A DNA stretch of 64,000 nucleotides from Eledone cirrhosa. Taxonomy: Eukaryota. The stretch is taken from assembly GCA_964016885.1 (NCBI GenBank), contig OZ024742.1, positions 325,066,001-325,130,000 of the forward strand. The letters are read 5' to 3'. Below the pieces are notes generated by a model. That model searched no databases and was not told where the DNA came from. It saw only the letters and a list, made by a program, of their open reading frames with translations. Shown here piece by piece: positions 13,945 to 29,576 of this stretch; position 1 is the stretch's first letter; every line of letters starts with the position of its first letter. Both the position numbers and the translations under genes were made by a program.

Positions 13945-13980
13945 TCTTGCGGTTTCGGACGCTAGTCTTTCACCAGAAGA
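13945..13980 (-). ncRNA. Degenerate hammerhead motif
   Basis: CTGGTGA aa gac tagc gtc c GAAAC; A6 replaced by G and no clear NUH. Confidence 0.35.
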
Positions 13981-14100
13981 AAGAATCAGAAATAAGATAG
14001 ATTGAAGGGACGGGTGGGTTGTAATTGGAAAACATGTCTTTAGATAAAAATAACAGGTCCATTTATGTTGACATCTTTTGGAAAACTGTTGGTGCTGGCG

Positions 14101-14155
<55 letters not shown>

Positions 14156-14514
14156 CAAGGTCTAGCAAATAGAGAAAAAGTTTTAAAATAAATTTTAAAA
14201 AATTTGCTGTACTTAATATATGTGCCTTTACCGCGGTTTCAAGCTCCAGAATAAACGGAAAATCCAAGCGGACTTCCATTGAGAAGGGAGCTATCTTCAG
14301 AAGGCTCTTCTCCCTCGGAGAATTTAAAATTCCCGAGTTCAAATCACTAACTGACGCCATACAAAACCATTCCCAAATGAGAGTGAATGATGAAAGAAAT
14401 AATTCTGTCAGGGCCGTGTGCAAAGACAAAAGGCAGGGTGGACTGGTCAATGTTCTGCCACTAAAAATAGCAGCAGTTCAAACGGCCAACATTTCTATCT
14501 CTACAAATAAATAT

Positions 14515-14725
14515 ATAATTCTATTCCGGTCTAACCTATTGCGCAGCTTGTTTTTATCACATGCCTTTCAGTTGAAGATTGATTTGTAGCAATTTTTTTT
14601 TGCTTTAATTATGTAATTGATTGAGATGCAAACTTTTCCTATATTTATCTGTTTTGTCCTGTTACATTCTGGTGTGCACTGGAATGAATAGTCTCAAATT
14701 CAATGTACCGAACTCGGCTGAAGAG
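14515..14725 (+). repeat. Dispersed ~200-bp repeat, second copy at ~16578-16785
   Basis: Near-identical tattgcgcagcttgtttttatcac...gaatagtctcaaatt in both places. Confidence 0.9.
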
Positions 14726-14811
14726 AAAGCGCTAAGTTCTTATTGACTTTTTTGTGCGCCCCGCTTTTTATCCCTGTACACACACACGCACACCTATCTA
14801 AATCTCTCTCT

Positions 14812-14898
<87 letters not shown>

Positions 14899-16846
14899 TT
14901 ATATATATATATATATATATATAAATGTATGTGTATGTCTGTAGGGTAATACTATTCGCTAAGATTTAGAAATGGAGACTGTAGAATTCTTGTTGGAGTT
15001 AACAAGACGGAGGATATTCAGAAAAAATAAAGAGGAAGTAGAAAGGAAAATATTTTGCGGCTGATCCTTTGTTGCAAATTACAATCAAAAGCATTCCACC
15101 CATGCCCATTCTGTCTTTTACGATATCTATGACAACATACAACATTATCTGGTATGTTTGTCAACATATAAGATATTAGTTTGAGATTTGAAGTATATGT
15201 GACTACTAAATTTAGCATGTTAATAAAGCTCATAAAATATCCCAGCGTTATCAGAAATGCGGTGAAAGTAAGTAGCAGGAAAATCAACGGGATTTGCAAC
15301 AGAAACTAATCTATAATACATTTAGTCTGCTTAATTTCAGGTTTTACAGGAAAAGCATGTTGTGACGCATTACTGTAAGATTTTAAAATGTAACATTTTA
15401 TTTCTTAAGATTTCAAAAGAAATATTGTCCATTTTGAATAGGATTCACTATTCAATGTATAATGGGTATCATTTATTGATAGATATATGATAAAAGACGG
15501 GATTCTTTAAAACATACACAAGAATTAATCTAATAGTTAACAAACACCAAGAAGTGCCTCTTCATAAAATGCAAGCAAAATATGTAGGAAAAATAAGGAT
15601 CATCGTTCTAGCTAATATCACTGATATCAATTACTGCAGCAACAAAATTACTATGATGCTTCTCTACACTACCATCTCAACTTAATTAACAAAACCATAA
15701 AAAAACATTAAAAGTAGGAACATGTAACATGGAAAAACAATAAATTTAACTAAGCAGCATTACATAATTACATATTTGTTCTTTGTTTCTCCTGATTCTC
15801 TTTCTGTCTATCAGTTTCATTCACTTATTTCGACAATACATTTTCCTTTCCCAGGAAATATATTTCCTGTGAAGACTGCTATTAACAAAATTTATGTATA
15901 CATTTATATATATAAAGTTATGTATATAAACACTGCTGTAGATATATTAAGAAACATAAAAATATGGATATATCATATGAAGTTCTCTGTTCATAAAAAG
16001 ATAAAACTCCGAATACAATATTTTGTGAAGCATAAATGCATAAATCATATATAAATAGAAAATTTCACAAAGCATTAATATTTAATAAATGATAAATTGG
16101 ATTTGTAAATTACAAAATCAGATTTGTTATTCAAGAATAGATGCAGCGCATTCATGTTTCTATGTATTACACGCAAACACAGGCACACGAAGATTCAACG
16201 GCAACCCAATGTATATATATATATATACAGACACACATATATATATATATATATATATACACTGTATACATATTTATACACTATATATAATATATATATA
16301 TAGTGTATAAATATCTATATATGTGTGATTGTAGGATTGCTTCAAATCGGACCGTTTGCTTACAAACGAATCGAACATTATTATTAATATTCGATACAAC
16401 CCACGCGTACATATGTATAAGTATATATGTGTGTGTTTGTATGTATATTTAAAATGTGTGTGTGTGTATGCATACTTACACTTAAGTATCAGCTGTGCTA
16501 GGGCGAGAAATAAAATTCTAATTTTATTTTATACATATATGTATTTATGTATGTGTGTATATATATATATAGATATATAATTCTATTACAGTCTAAATTA
16601 TTGCGCAGCTTGTTTTTATCACTTGCTTTTCAGTTGAAGATTGGTTTGTAGCATTTTTTTGCTTTAATTATGTAATTGATTGAGATACAAACTTTTCCTA
16701 TATTTATATGTTTTGTCCTGTTACATTCTCGTGTGCACTGGAATGAATAGTCTCAAATTTAATGCACCGAACTTGGCAGAATAGAACCCCCCCCCCCCCA
16801 CCTCTCTCTCTAAATCTGTCTCTATCGTTATATATATATATATATA

Positions 16847-17008
16847 TAGGAACGGCTAATTCTGGACTGAGTCCAGAATTAGCCGTCGAAACGGCTTGAG
16901 CTCAGCCGTCGGGGTCCTACTCGTTCCTATTACCCACTCTACGACCCTAAGTATTGAGTACTTTGGTGCGTTATGGTCTACTTGGTTCCTTACCACATTT
17001 CCTTCGTT
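16847..17008 (+). mobile_element. Second copy of the 6.5-kb repeat family between (TA)n tracts
   Basis: Aligns to 6572-6732. Confidence 0.8.
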
Positions 17009-17114
17009 ATATATATATATATATATATATAAGTTTATCCCGTTTATATATATATATGTCAGTGTCTGTGTGTGTTTATATTTGTGTATGTATTTATGTA
17101 TATATGTATGTATG

Positions 17115-17150
<36 letters not shown>

Positions 17151-18489
17151 AGTAAATAATGTTTATGAAACCTTTAAACTTTCAAATAAATCTTATTTCC
17201 TTTCAATTTAGTTTATTTAGTTTATTTATTTATCTCATGTATCTATCTGAAGAAACTGGCGGTTAATACATGCCTTAAATACAATTACCAACCATATTGA
17301 TCTGATTGTCATTGGATTCTGGCTGTTGATACTTAGAGAGCAGCAAGAGTGTACCATATGCACATACTGATTTCATGTCCTTGTTCAGATATCTCTTCAA
17401 AATCCTGCAGTGATGTGAAACCAGCGATATATACTGATCTAACAAGCTGGAGGTACACATTGTATCATCAGCAGGAAGACATACATCTAAGATATCTGCT
17501 CAGTAACAGTAATGCGTGGTGCAGAATATGGTACTAACCACTGGCATCCATGTGTCAAGATGAAAGTGCAGATCTGAGGAAAGGTGAGGGCAGCAGGGTT
17601 ATATGAGCCAAAATGTTATGATATGTCCAAACTGCAACAAGATGCTCTTCATAATGCATGTGACAACGTTGTTATTGATAGAACTACTTTGATATTGATA
17701 TATATAGTTTTACTTAAGTTCTACTCGTTAGAAAACCTACGACTATAGATATCAATCGCAAAGGTAGTTAATAGACACAATATTAATAGCGTTTTTAAGT
17801 ATCAACTCGTGATTGGAATTTAAACAGAAAATTCTTACATAGGTATTCACTTTTCACACAAGTTATCTTAAGTACATTATTATATGTTATTTATGTATAT
17901 ATGCGTTCCTGGACAAGCTTACCCCATACGTTACCTACCTACCAACATAATGAACAACAATACACATAACATACCCATCTTTAATCTGAGTTTGCGTAGC
18001 GACTTGCCTTTGTGACTAATTGTAAGTTTTATATTTTCTGCTCTCTCACTAGAAATGGTCACTGCATAAAAGACTTCCCACACAATGCTTGAATTTAAGT
18101 CCCGTTTATTCACACCTTACCTACCTTCTTTTTCGTTGACTTTTTCTTGATTTCCATTTTCATTGCGAATGCTTGCGTGTGTAATACCATAATATGATCA
18201 AGTGACTCATGTAAATAATTCTGATTCCTGATGAGAGTTTGAGAGATGTTTGTATCCCATCATGGATATAATTAATTAAGTGAAATTTAGTCGATTAGAA
18301 TTGAATCGAAATGTTTCATTGAAATAAATAATTATATGCTTTTGGTTACTTCTAATGAAATGAATATTTATGCTCTGTGATTTTCCACATCTTCAACTTG
18401 CAGCATCATACACCATAAATTACATTTTGTGACTTGCAGGATTTTACATGAATAACATATTAAAATAGGAGTGGCTATACTGCAATAGT

Positions 18490-18730
18490 GGTGCTCCGTG
18501 TCACCTCATGCCGATGACATCATCGTAGTGTTGTTGAGGCCCGAAACACAACGAAATTATCAGCACCCCTCTGAGAGAGTACGAAAGTGTGACTCAAGTA
18601 AATATTGAGCAGGAAACGTCCGTAGGCCTGCGGCACGGCACCTGGGGGAGCCAATCCATGACGCCCAACCACGTCGATGGGCTTTGGACCGACGAATCAC
18701 TTAAATTGCTTGGTCCGCTCTTGGGACGAA
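18490..18730 (+). pseudogene. L1/Tx1-like RT fragment
   Basis: HADDIIVV (YADD motif) at 18507, then LREYESVTQVNIEQETSVGLRHGTW...WTDESLKLLG. Confidence 0.7.
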
Positions 18731-20859
18731 GTGAGGAGTAGTTCAGCAACCCTACATACATGCGTCAATCGAAGACCGACAGGGAGCAATTAGAAAATAA
18801 TATTTGTTCAAGCGCTTCCAGTCCCCTTGCCAATAAAGCTAAATATTGATAAACATTGCTGCTTTCACAGTTCTAAAAAACATCCTTTTACACCATGTTT
18901 ATTAAGAAATAAAAATATAAACACCTCGAAATTGTAGATGAATTTCATTCAGTGTGCGTTTACGTTAATCGTGTTTTGAATTAATTTGCTTTAACCAGAA
19001 TTAACTTGTGTATTATTACATTTTGCACTAATAACCAGCTTACTGTCGCATGTAAATACTTTATCTAGGAACAAACCAAATCAGCACCCCATAGTCCATA
19101 AAAAAAATAAACAACAAACAAATACGACACGAATAAATTTTTATTCGGATACAAAATATAAAAGATTTAACATCAAAGGAAACGCCTTTTTATTTCTTAA
19201 TAAGATTGACACGAAAGTACACATTGACACACAGGAAAGAGAATGTGAGAAGAAGAGAGAGAAGAGGGAGAGAAATTCTACAGGAATATACAGAAGAAAA
19301 TAGACGTAATCAAAATCAAACAGCGCCTAGAGCAACAGATTCTGGCTATCACGAAGAATCTGCCTCTATGAATAGCGCAGTTCTTTCTGCTTAGGAAGAA
19401 AATAAAGCGTTCGCTTCCAACAGATTTTGTGAAGAACTAAGCAAAAATAACATAGAAATCGATACCCTGGTAATAGTAAATGAGAATTGTTGATCGATTC
19501 TGTTTACTGGAATATGGATAGCGGATGGATCGCAGCGGGTGTAAATCTTGAAAACAACAAATGTAACATTTGAATTATTTTTAGAAGGACTAACATACCA
19601 AGAAGTAAACCATAAACTTTGAAATACAAACAAATGAACGTGAGGGAAACGGCACACAATAACTTAGTGCCAAAAATAACTAACCCTCTTACAAACATGC
19701 TGGAAGATTTAATGTGAAAGCGAAAACGAAATGACTGATTAGGTCGGGGATGGGGAACATATTTATCTGCAAGAACGAAAATATCAAAAGCCCAAGTGTA
19801 CGTGACCGTAAAACTCTGCCATCTGTATGCCCATGACAAGCATTAGTTTTATCTAAAGGTGTGAATATAAACAATATACTGTTAGACGAAAACAAGAAAA
19901 GATGGAAATATTCGTATGAATAATAAGATGAGCTTACCATTAAAAAGATTTCAGACTTAGAAACTATCACCAGTAATAATTAGACTGTGTACAATAATGT
20001 TATAATATAACGCTGTAAACATTTCTCTCATATTTCTTCTTACAACTGAACACTGTACTAACTTAGGCAATCACTTATTGTAATAATATTCTCAACGGAA
20101 GGCGAGGTACATTAGTATGACTGGATTAGGAAGTAATGAGATTATATCAGCACTTGACAAAAGAAGATAATTAAAATAAAAATTTTATACGAAATATTAC
20201 TCAAAGACTACAAACACATTACATAAACAGTAAAGAACAACTACCACAAATAGAAACAATATATTGTAAAAAGAAAATTACAAAACTAATTTTAATCTCG
20301 CGCTATAGAAACAGAGGAGAACACATTAAAACAAAAACAAGCTGAATTATAATTAGAATTACAAAAGACCATACGATGAAGGAGATATTAATCCACCCAA
20401 CAAATGGTCAATCCTTAATAATCGTGAATAGACCAAAAATAGATAAAGAACAATGATAATACTAATGAACAAGGATCAAAGTTAAAATAATGTCACCGCG
20501 ACACAAGAGCAATACATTCGCTCAAGGTTTAACTCAAGGCAGAATGTAACTTCAGTGTATGTAGAATGCGTGATCGACGCAATTATTAGGATGGCTTATA
20601 AGTACCTAGCCATAGCTAATACAGGATATACAATCGGATCTAACAGACGTGATGAGTTCATCTGCTAGACGCTATATCCGCATAGTGGAATAACCGAAAG
20701 GAAAAAAAAGAAAGAAGCTTACGAGTCCATCAATTTTTTTCGGATACTTGACCTGATTCAAATAGCAGTCATACCTTCCCGACACCACACTTTGAAGTCT
20801 TAAAAAAGAAAGAATTGTATAGTGTAGTTCGTTTGTTATTGGTGGAACACACTACTGTG

Positions 20860-21072
20860 GATTGCCAGTATTGGTAGAGCGTCGGACAATATGCTTTGTG
20901 GTATATAGTTATGACCCTTCACGTTCTGACTTTAGATGCAGCCGGGGTTAGCTTTGCCTTTGATCCTCTCGGGGTCAGCAAAATAAAGTACCGATTATGA
21001 ATTGTAGTCGTTTTAATCGACTTCCCTCTCCCTTCTAATGTCTTGCCTTGTGCCAAAATAAGAAACAATTAT
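20860..21072 (+). mobile_element. tRNA-derived SINE (diverged)
   Basis: Box A-like head plus central motif ctttgcctttgatcctctcggggtc..aaaataaagtacc shared with other copies. Confidence 0.7.
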
Positions 21073-21727
21073 TGGTGGAAACGCCATTGTTTACAACACG
21101 TCTAAGACATTAAGAACCACACATCTAACACATTAAGAGTAGCTGAAAAGATTGTAAGCGAGTCAGCAGTAAATACAGCATGAGCAGTAATAGTAAAACC
21201 ACTATGAAAACGCCATCTAAAAAGAACAACTCATAATTGGACATAATTCTACCCTAACAAATCACAGTAACATAAAATATACAGGGGTATCAACTAATTT
21301 CTGCCGTTCTCGTCCGAATATCACTTTCTCTCAAATGAAAAGGAAAGATAGAATAAGACTGGATGATAACAAGTTCGTCACCTTTCACGGCAAAAGGAAG
21401 GAAATAACTCCTGTCAAGCGACCCAACATAAATAGAATGGAAAGAAAAGATTACATAATGTTGAAGAAGGTTAGTAACAAGAAGAAACAACCTAAGCACA
21501 ATTACAACACACCCACAATATCTTTAGAATAATTACATTCATCACAATGATTATGACGATGATGATGATGATTCATCACCACCACCATCTTCTTCATCAA
21601 CATCAACAACATACTCGATAACGTATTGCAGTACCAAGGAATGCTGCAATTGTGCGCATTGACGCAGAAAATGTGAGATATTTGAAGACATCAAGCGTAA
21701 AAGAGCAACAGTCTGATCACGAAGGAC

Positions 21728-21786
<59 letters not shown>

Positions 21787-22385
21787 TGGGTGTATCGAGG
21801 TGTATGTGTGTATGCATGTGTATGTATGTGTATGTATGTGTGTGTACGTGTGTGTATGTGTGTGTGTGTGTGTGCGTGTGTGTGTGGAGGATGCCAATTG
21901 TGGTATTATCTCTAGGAATGGTAGGTAATAACTTATACAAGCAGTCGCCTGAAAAACTAAATATAGACAGTGCAATTCCGTTCCATTGCATTATTGTGTA
22001 AGGAAAAATAAAGATACCGACGACTAAATTTTGGCCAAGAATATATTATACACTTGAGAAGAGAAATATACGTGTAACTCCTCCAGTTGATCCATCTTCA
22101 GATGTTTTATTAACCTTTTTGATTATAAGATAACGAACTATAGTCCGATGGGTATGTGGGTAGAAATATAGGAAAAAAAAAGATTGTTTTCATTTCTATT
22201 GATGTTTTGGCAAGGCGAAAGAAATTGTATTCTTCAGGTTGTAGCACGCGGATGAATTGTTATAGTGCAATATTTCCTGGAGTTTTAACCATATATTTTG
22301 AACAATCGGTACCATACAAGTTTTAATTAGATAATAATGAAGCAAGAATGGATTTTGAGGAACACATTATTCAGTGAAAAACCTG

Positions 22386-22453
<68 letters not shown>

Positions 22454-22784
22454 TTATAATATATATATATATATATATATACATTTATAATATATATATA
22501 TACATTTATAATATATATATATATATTATATTTATTGACAACTTTTCTTCTGTAAACCATTCTGAGAACCACTGTTCTTTATTGGTCTATGTATGAACCA
22601 GTAACTATTGATGGAGTTGTAGTGGTGCAGTAGTGACGTGCAGCAGCATGTTGTGCATATTTTAAAACTACCGAACCCCATTCTCTCTACAGGACTGAAC
22701 ACAGCCGATTGCTTTCATAGAATGAGAAAGAGTAAGAGATTGATAAAGAGTAAGTAGGAAAGAGATATAGAACATTACAGTACC

Positions 22785-22910
22785 ATTACAGCACTGTAAT
22801 GATACTCTTATTTATCGACCATGAAAGGATAAAAGACAAAGTTGACATAGACGATATTTCAACTCTGAGCACAGTAAGCCTGACCAAATAACGTCAAACA
22901 TTTTATGTCT
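22785..22910 (-). mobile_element. SINE fragment
   Basis: tttatcgaccatgaaaggataaaagacaaagttgac is the reverse complement of the SINE central motif. Confidence 0.65.
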
Positions 22911-23929
22911 GGTGTTTTGTTGCAGAAAGAGATTGCAGAAAAGCAAACCACTTGAAAACTATTTACTACCTTTGAATGTGTGGAGGCGTATCTCTGTATG
23001 CGTTCGTTTGTGTATATTTCATGCACATCTAAATGTATGTTGCCGATATATTTAATGGTCGTTTGTTGCTTTTCAGTAAATGACTGAATTCAAAGTCATC
23101 CAATAATCTAATTTACGACATTGCCACGTAAATATGCAATGAATCTGTACACATCGACGCTGTCTCGTAAGACGGCCGGTTGTGGACGTTGGCTTTGTTT
23201 AACGACTTCCGTTATTCATTATTACACATCGTCCATGTTGGTTATTTTATCATTTATAATGGTGACCTTTAAGGAAAGGGGATATACACACTCGCATGGA
23301 TACAAATTTGAATAACTAAACACACAGATATAACCATTTATACACAAAATGCACATATATACGTTACTTATACAAGTATTTTTCATTCTATCTCTTTGAA
23401 ATGACAACAATGCTTTTAGTATAATGGTTTAGAGTGTATTATACTGAGCTTCTCAGTAACTATTTGTAAGAAGAATAACTTCTATAATAAGGAACGTCGA
23501 AATTGTGAATATTGACTTCCAAGGTCGATGGGCGAGAAGAGGCAAGAAGATTGAGGTTTCGATCCAGAAATGAAAATACATAAAGAATACAATAAAATAC
23601 AACTTGCTTATGTAGGTTCCTGATTAACACGTCTTTATTGTCTATTTACTTTATAATATTTGGATAGATTTTATTTATTTAGTTACAGGTATGCTTGTAT
23701 GTAGTCGATATGACGCCAGATGTTGCTGGTTTAAATAGTTTAAAACTGGTCCTATCCTGATGTATATATGTATATATGCACTTACTAGTTCAATATGATA
23801 CGAACCAATGGTATCGTACGTGCTTCGCTGTGTTTAAGCAGACCTTTCTTTATATCTATTTACCTCTCACTGTCCCTCTCTATATATATCGTTTAAAAAT
23901 TTCTGTAACACTCCTTGCATCTCTCTTTC

Positions 23930-24025
<96 letters not shown>

Positions 24026-24114
24026 CATGTATATATGTATATATAAACAAATATATGTATATATATATACATATATATGTGTATATATATATACAAATAT
24101 ATGTATATAATCAA

Positions 24115-24688
24115 TTCCCCCCAACAAACTGGGGAACAGTGCTCAGGGTTTTAGTAATGTACTTGTCTAATTCTTCATTGTCCTAGATTCGATCCCAGTG
24201 AATTTAGTGGACAAATATGTTTAAATGATTTATAAGACCAACATTCCATAGCAACGTCTTAAGCTATCCGGAGGGTCTTTCAAAACAGGTGCATATCTTT
24301 GATTGCTGTTGGAAAGCTTTCATGAGTTTCAATTGACAAGCACATAATTCAATACTTTATATTCTCAGACCTATCACCCATATATGCAAATATTTGTATT
24401 TGCATATATATATTTGCATATATGGGTGAAAGGTCTGAGAATATAAAGTATTGAATTATGTGCTTGTCAATTGAAACTCATGAAAGCTTTCCAACAGCAA
24501 TCAAGGATATGCACCTGTTTTGAAAGACCCTCCGGATAGCTTAAGACGTTGCTATGGAATGTTGGTCTTATAAATCATTTAAACATATTTGTCCACTAAA
24601 TTCACTGGGATCGAATCTAGGACAATGAAGAATTAGACAAGTACATTACTAAAACCCTGAGCACTGTTCCCCAGTTTGTTGGGGGGAA
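24115..24688. repeat. Near-perfect palindrome, ~280-bp arms
   Basis: 24115-24393 is the reverse complement of ~24410-24688; I see only two mismatches; AT-rich centre. Confidence 0.97.
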
Positions 24689-27600
24689 ATGATTACTGAA
24701 ATCAGTAAAACAAAAACAATAAAAATACATATTCATAAAGTTCTTTTGCTATTTTAATCATTTTTTAATGGTATCAGTCATTAGACTTCGGCCATTGTGG
24801 GGTACTAGTTTCAAGAGTTTTAGTAGCATAATTATTTTAATTTCTCACATTTGGAATCGACTGGACACACAGAAATTGTAGCTGAGACAATATGAAAGCA
24901 TTCAGCTATCACATGACAATATGAATATTTGGGGTTCAAAATATTCTATCTAGACACTGACGATAAAAGATTCTTTATACATCAGAATGTTCAAAATATA
25001 CAATGAAATATTGTGTGTTAACGTTGCGTGTATAAGAATTTAGTTTGTTATGTATGGCAAGCTTTCTATAATAATAAAAAAAGCATTTTAAATATTGGTG
25101 TGAATCACATTTTTTTTCAGTAGACAGTAGGATGGATGCAATAGAATAACATAACAAATATTAGCCTGAACTAAAAATAAAATGGACGTCATACAAACAA
25201 CTATATAGTATAATGCTTAACGTCATTCATTTAAACATATTGTATTAAAAATCTAGTGAGTCATTCGCGTATAGTTTAATCAACGATCTGCTGCCCTGTG
25301 CAATGTCGGTTGGCAATTTAATTATTTTGCTATTAATTGTCCAACGTTTCGTGTAACCTTTAGTCATTTCCAGGATAATTTATTCATGGTGTTTGTGTAA
25401 TATATCAAGATAAATAAAGCAGACTAGTTGTAGACCGGGAACATTTATCCAGTTAAAATCGTATAGAGAAGAAATTAGAAAAGAAGCAATCAAAATATCC
25501 ACAGAAAGATGTTTATGTATAAATCTCGTGTTTTGAATCGATCAGCACGATGCCATTCTTGGATTGTGTTGTCTACAAATAAACAAGAACAACCTATACT
25601 ATGGCGGGCTACTTGGTGCCTCCCCTCGTGCAGAATTAGCGTGTGGCCTAGCGCAGTATTCTTAGACTATGCTGAAACATGACTTAATGTGACTACCGGG
25701 ATAGGGTAAAGATTAGATTTGGGGGATGATTTGTTATTGTAGTTGCGTTAATGTGCAGGTGAATATGGTACCGTCTACTTTTATGAAAAAATAACTTCAT
25801 TTTGGATAACAGATTTTAATGCTATGCTCTAAATATTCCATATGAGTAGCATTAATTTAGTGTCACTCCTTCTATTCTTGTAAGGCCGAAAGTCTACGAT
25901 TTCCCAAAAGTAGTATTGCGAGTCTGGGAACTAAATTCAAATTGCCAAGATATTGTAGTATAAAATGTATACGTATTCCTGATAACACCCACGAAAATAA
26001 AATGTTCCCGAGTTCAAAATCATTTCCGAATTTGCAGGAAGATTCTTATAATTTTAAAAGCTTTTTTAGAACCCGATCTACACATAAAGCTGTCTGCTGA
26101 TGAACCTGATATATAGAATAGAGTATCAGCACAACAACAGCAACAATGTAATTAAAAAAGTAAGTTTCCTCTTTAATATTGCTGCTTATTTAATTGAATA
26201 TTCAATTATATATATATATATATATATATACATTTCAACTGAGAGACCAAATAGAACCCCCCCCCCCTCCCAAAAAAAAAGATGAATGATTTTGTTAGTT
26301 AATAAAATTGTTAATTCAATAAACAGACCTCTGGAAACCCGGAGGCTGTAGGAAAATCTATTTAAACATAAAAGTTCCAAGGTAGTAAAAATGTTGGTAA
26401 CCAGTGAGTGTTCTAGTGGTATATTTAAATTCAATTGTAGTGTCTTTTTTATCGATTGTATTATTTTATTCTTTTACAGATTCCAGTCACTGGACTTCGG
26501 CCATGTTCGGATAAAATAAATAGCTGAAAGTATTTCAGTTACATTTTTCAATAATTTTCTATATATATTCAATCTTGATAGTTTTCCTAATCTTATCTAA
26601 ACGATAAGGTTTTTGGTAATAGGAAATTCATGTTTGTGAATTTAAGATTACATTAGTCTTTCCATTGCTGATACTATGACGCTATCTACTAGAAACAATT
26701 CCTGAAAAAGGTGTCATACCTTTTCCTGTGACATGGGGATGAATTTGAATTTAGAACGCATAGAGCCGCGGGCAGACACCGAAAATCATCCCGTTAGACG
26801 CTTTAACAATTCTGCCAATCTACCATCCACGGAGTGGCACATCATGTATAAACCCTGATAGAATGAAAAACAAAATGTAACTTGGCGGGATTTGAACTAA
26901 GGGAACAAGGAGGAAAACCAAAGAAATCCAGCCTATGGCGAAATATAAGTGACTCTAAATCGTCTTAGCATAACTTGCAACATTTTGCTGTGGCTCTCGC
27001 TCTGTCAGGGAAATTTCGATATACACGTAAAGAGAATTTAAGGAATCATTTTCTAGTATATTCCAAGAATAGAATGCATAAATTATTCAGTTATTTCTTT
27101 TACTGATGAACTAATTGCGTATGTATTTTCTTCTGGTCTTATAATTTCACAAATTTTTGCCAATAGAGAGAGTGTCGGTTTCTAGCAAGACTGTCTTATT
27201 GGAATTTACACAACATCAACTAGGTATGCATGTCTGCATGCATGTGTAGATATGGATGTTATTGTATGTGTGTATGTGTATGTTTTGAGTTGTATGTGTG
27301 CATGTGTATATGCTTAGTATCTGTACATGTGTATATGCAGTTATTAGATGCAATGTTTTACATATTTTTACTGTTCCATTAATGGATTGTACTTGTATGT
27401 ATGAGGTTTAACATTTTCACACGACAAATACATGAAATATCTACTACAAATATGTTGCAACATTTGATATAGCATTTAATTTCATATTTTCTTTTATTCT
27501 TTTTTATCAAATCATATTCCACTATAATTTATGATAGACTGCTTTATAAACGCGAGGTCGTAATCCATTATTTTTAGCCTTTGTTTACGTATTAGAAATT

Positions 27601-27714
27601 GTTTGACATGTGATCATTTATATTGTTGCTAATCGAGTTTTGATATCTAGGTTTGGATTGGATAGATTCTGTTTTATCAATTTAGTTTTCTGAATTGTCT
27701 CTTATCGCTTATGA

Positions 27715-27940
27715 TCAAAGAGGGCGTTGGATTTGCAGAATCGTCACAATGCCAAAACTGAAGCTTTGTCGTATTTCTTCCAACTCTTTAAGGTCTGAGG
27801 TCAATCTCAACAATATCAATTTCACTTTTCATCCTTCCAGGATCGACAATATAAAGTACCAGTCAAGTGATAGGGTTGATATAATCGATTTTCTCATTTT
27901 CCTAAAATTACTGGCCTTTTTCCAAAATTAGAAACCATTA
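27715..27940 (+). mobile_element. tRNA-derived SINE (diverged)
   Basis: gcagaatcgt head; cttttcatccttccaggatcgacaatataaagtaccagtc core; ccaaaattagaaaccatta tail. Confidence 0.7.
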
Positions 27941-29576
27941 TATACAAGTAAATGACCAAAATATTTCATGCATGGTATTTGCTACATATATTTTCTGCTT
28001 GACATAAAAGATTTTAACCTTCACACTTTTCATTTTCTCCCTCTCCATCATTCCTCTCTCAGTTACTAATATAATTCATCACCACCACCCATCAATAAAA
28101 AAGACACAAGGAAATCAACACATTACACTTCTCAATAATGTGTATTTACTATTGACTAACGCAATATATCCCCAATTTATTTCGATACTAAAATTTACTG
28201 CATAAATCTTTCGTTTGACCTCATATTCTGAACAGAATATTTTCATCAAATACAACTATTTTAAAGAAGAAAACTGATTTTGCTATCTTTCTCATGTTTA
28301 AAAATGTATTACTACTGCATGACCTATGCTTCTAAAGATTAATTGACTTTTAAACAAATTACAATATCATTTTTTCTTAACATAAGCACCACGATGTTAT
28401 CAATGCAAAGAAATATACTCTTAGCCACCCGTAAGCCTGTAAATCATTCTATGTCAGTTTTTGTTGATATTTATATATTTGTATATATAAATTTAATTCT
28501 TAGTATTGCTTCTATTTGATTAGCATCTGGACCCACTTTATCAGTGTCTGGCTACAGTCTATTAAATCAATCTTACTAACATATTTATACTAATTTCGAG
28601 GTGGAAAACTCAAGGTAGGATTGTAACTTTTAATAAATAACGAGACGCATTTAATCTGGGTATATGTATTAAAAGATAAATAGTCTGGCTCACTGCGAAA
28701 TTAATGTCACATGTGGCTGTTGAGAGACATGAGCACGAATTTGATTTTCAATACATATGTCAGGAAAAACGAAAATTCATTCGAATAACATGAAATTATA
28801 TTTTCTATTAAGTTAGACATGACCTGGACCAAGACTGGCCGAAACCTATAAAAGTTATATTTATTTGCAACATAGCTCCAAAAGTATGAAAAGTGCTCAC
28901 ATAAACTCTCACTAAATATATATATTTATATATATAGTTATGAAATAAACAACAGAAGATAATTATTCCATTTACAAAAGATTTCACGAAGACAGAGGAG
29001 CTCAACACAGACGTCTGTAATCGCTCATCAGAATGAAAAATTCAATATGGACCTAAGATATGAATGTAAAAACAAAGGCTAAAAACAATTGAAAGCGAGG
29101 CTGATATATAATAAAATAAAGATGAGAAATAAAATAAAATAACAGGAAAAAATACACATTGAAGTAGAAAGTAAGGTTATAGGGAAAAGTAATAAATATA
29201 TACACATATATATATATATATTATATATATATATATAATATATATATATTTATATACGTTTATATAATTATATGTATATACGCGCACACACACATATATA
29301 TATATATTTTATATATATTTTTTTTATGTGTATTTGCTGTATACGTTCGTAACTGCATACGTGTGCGAGTACAGGCGTTGCGTGAGTTCTGTTTGTGCGT
29401 GTGTGTTTTTTTGTGTATGTGCTTGTATTTGCATACCCATGGCGGGTGTTTTCGCGTATGAATGTGTATGTACGTATATGGATGCGTGCATGTATATATT
29501 TATTTTTGTTGATTTCAATTACCTCTTTATTTTATTTACTTTATTCTTAACTATGAAGCCGAGTATCATTCGGCTT

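Noticed and set aside
17275-17690. Moderate-GC stretch considered as a host exon or transposase fragment
   Set aside because: Stops in all plausible frames and no recognisable domain.
19200-20460. A-rich, coding-like stretch suggestive of an old LINE
   Set aside because: Too decayed; no diagnostic motif could be read.
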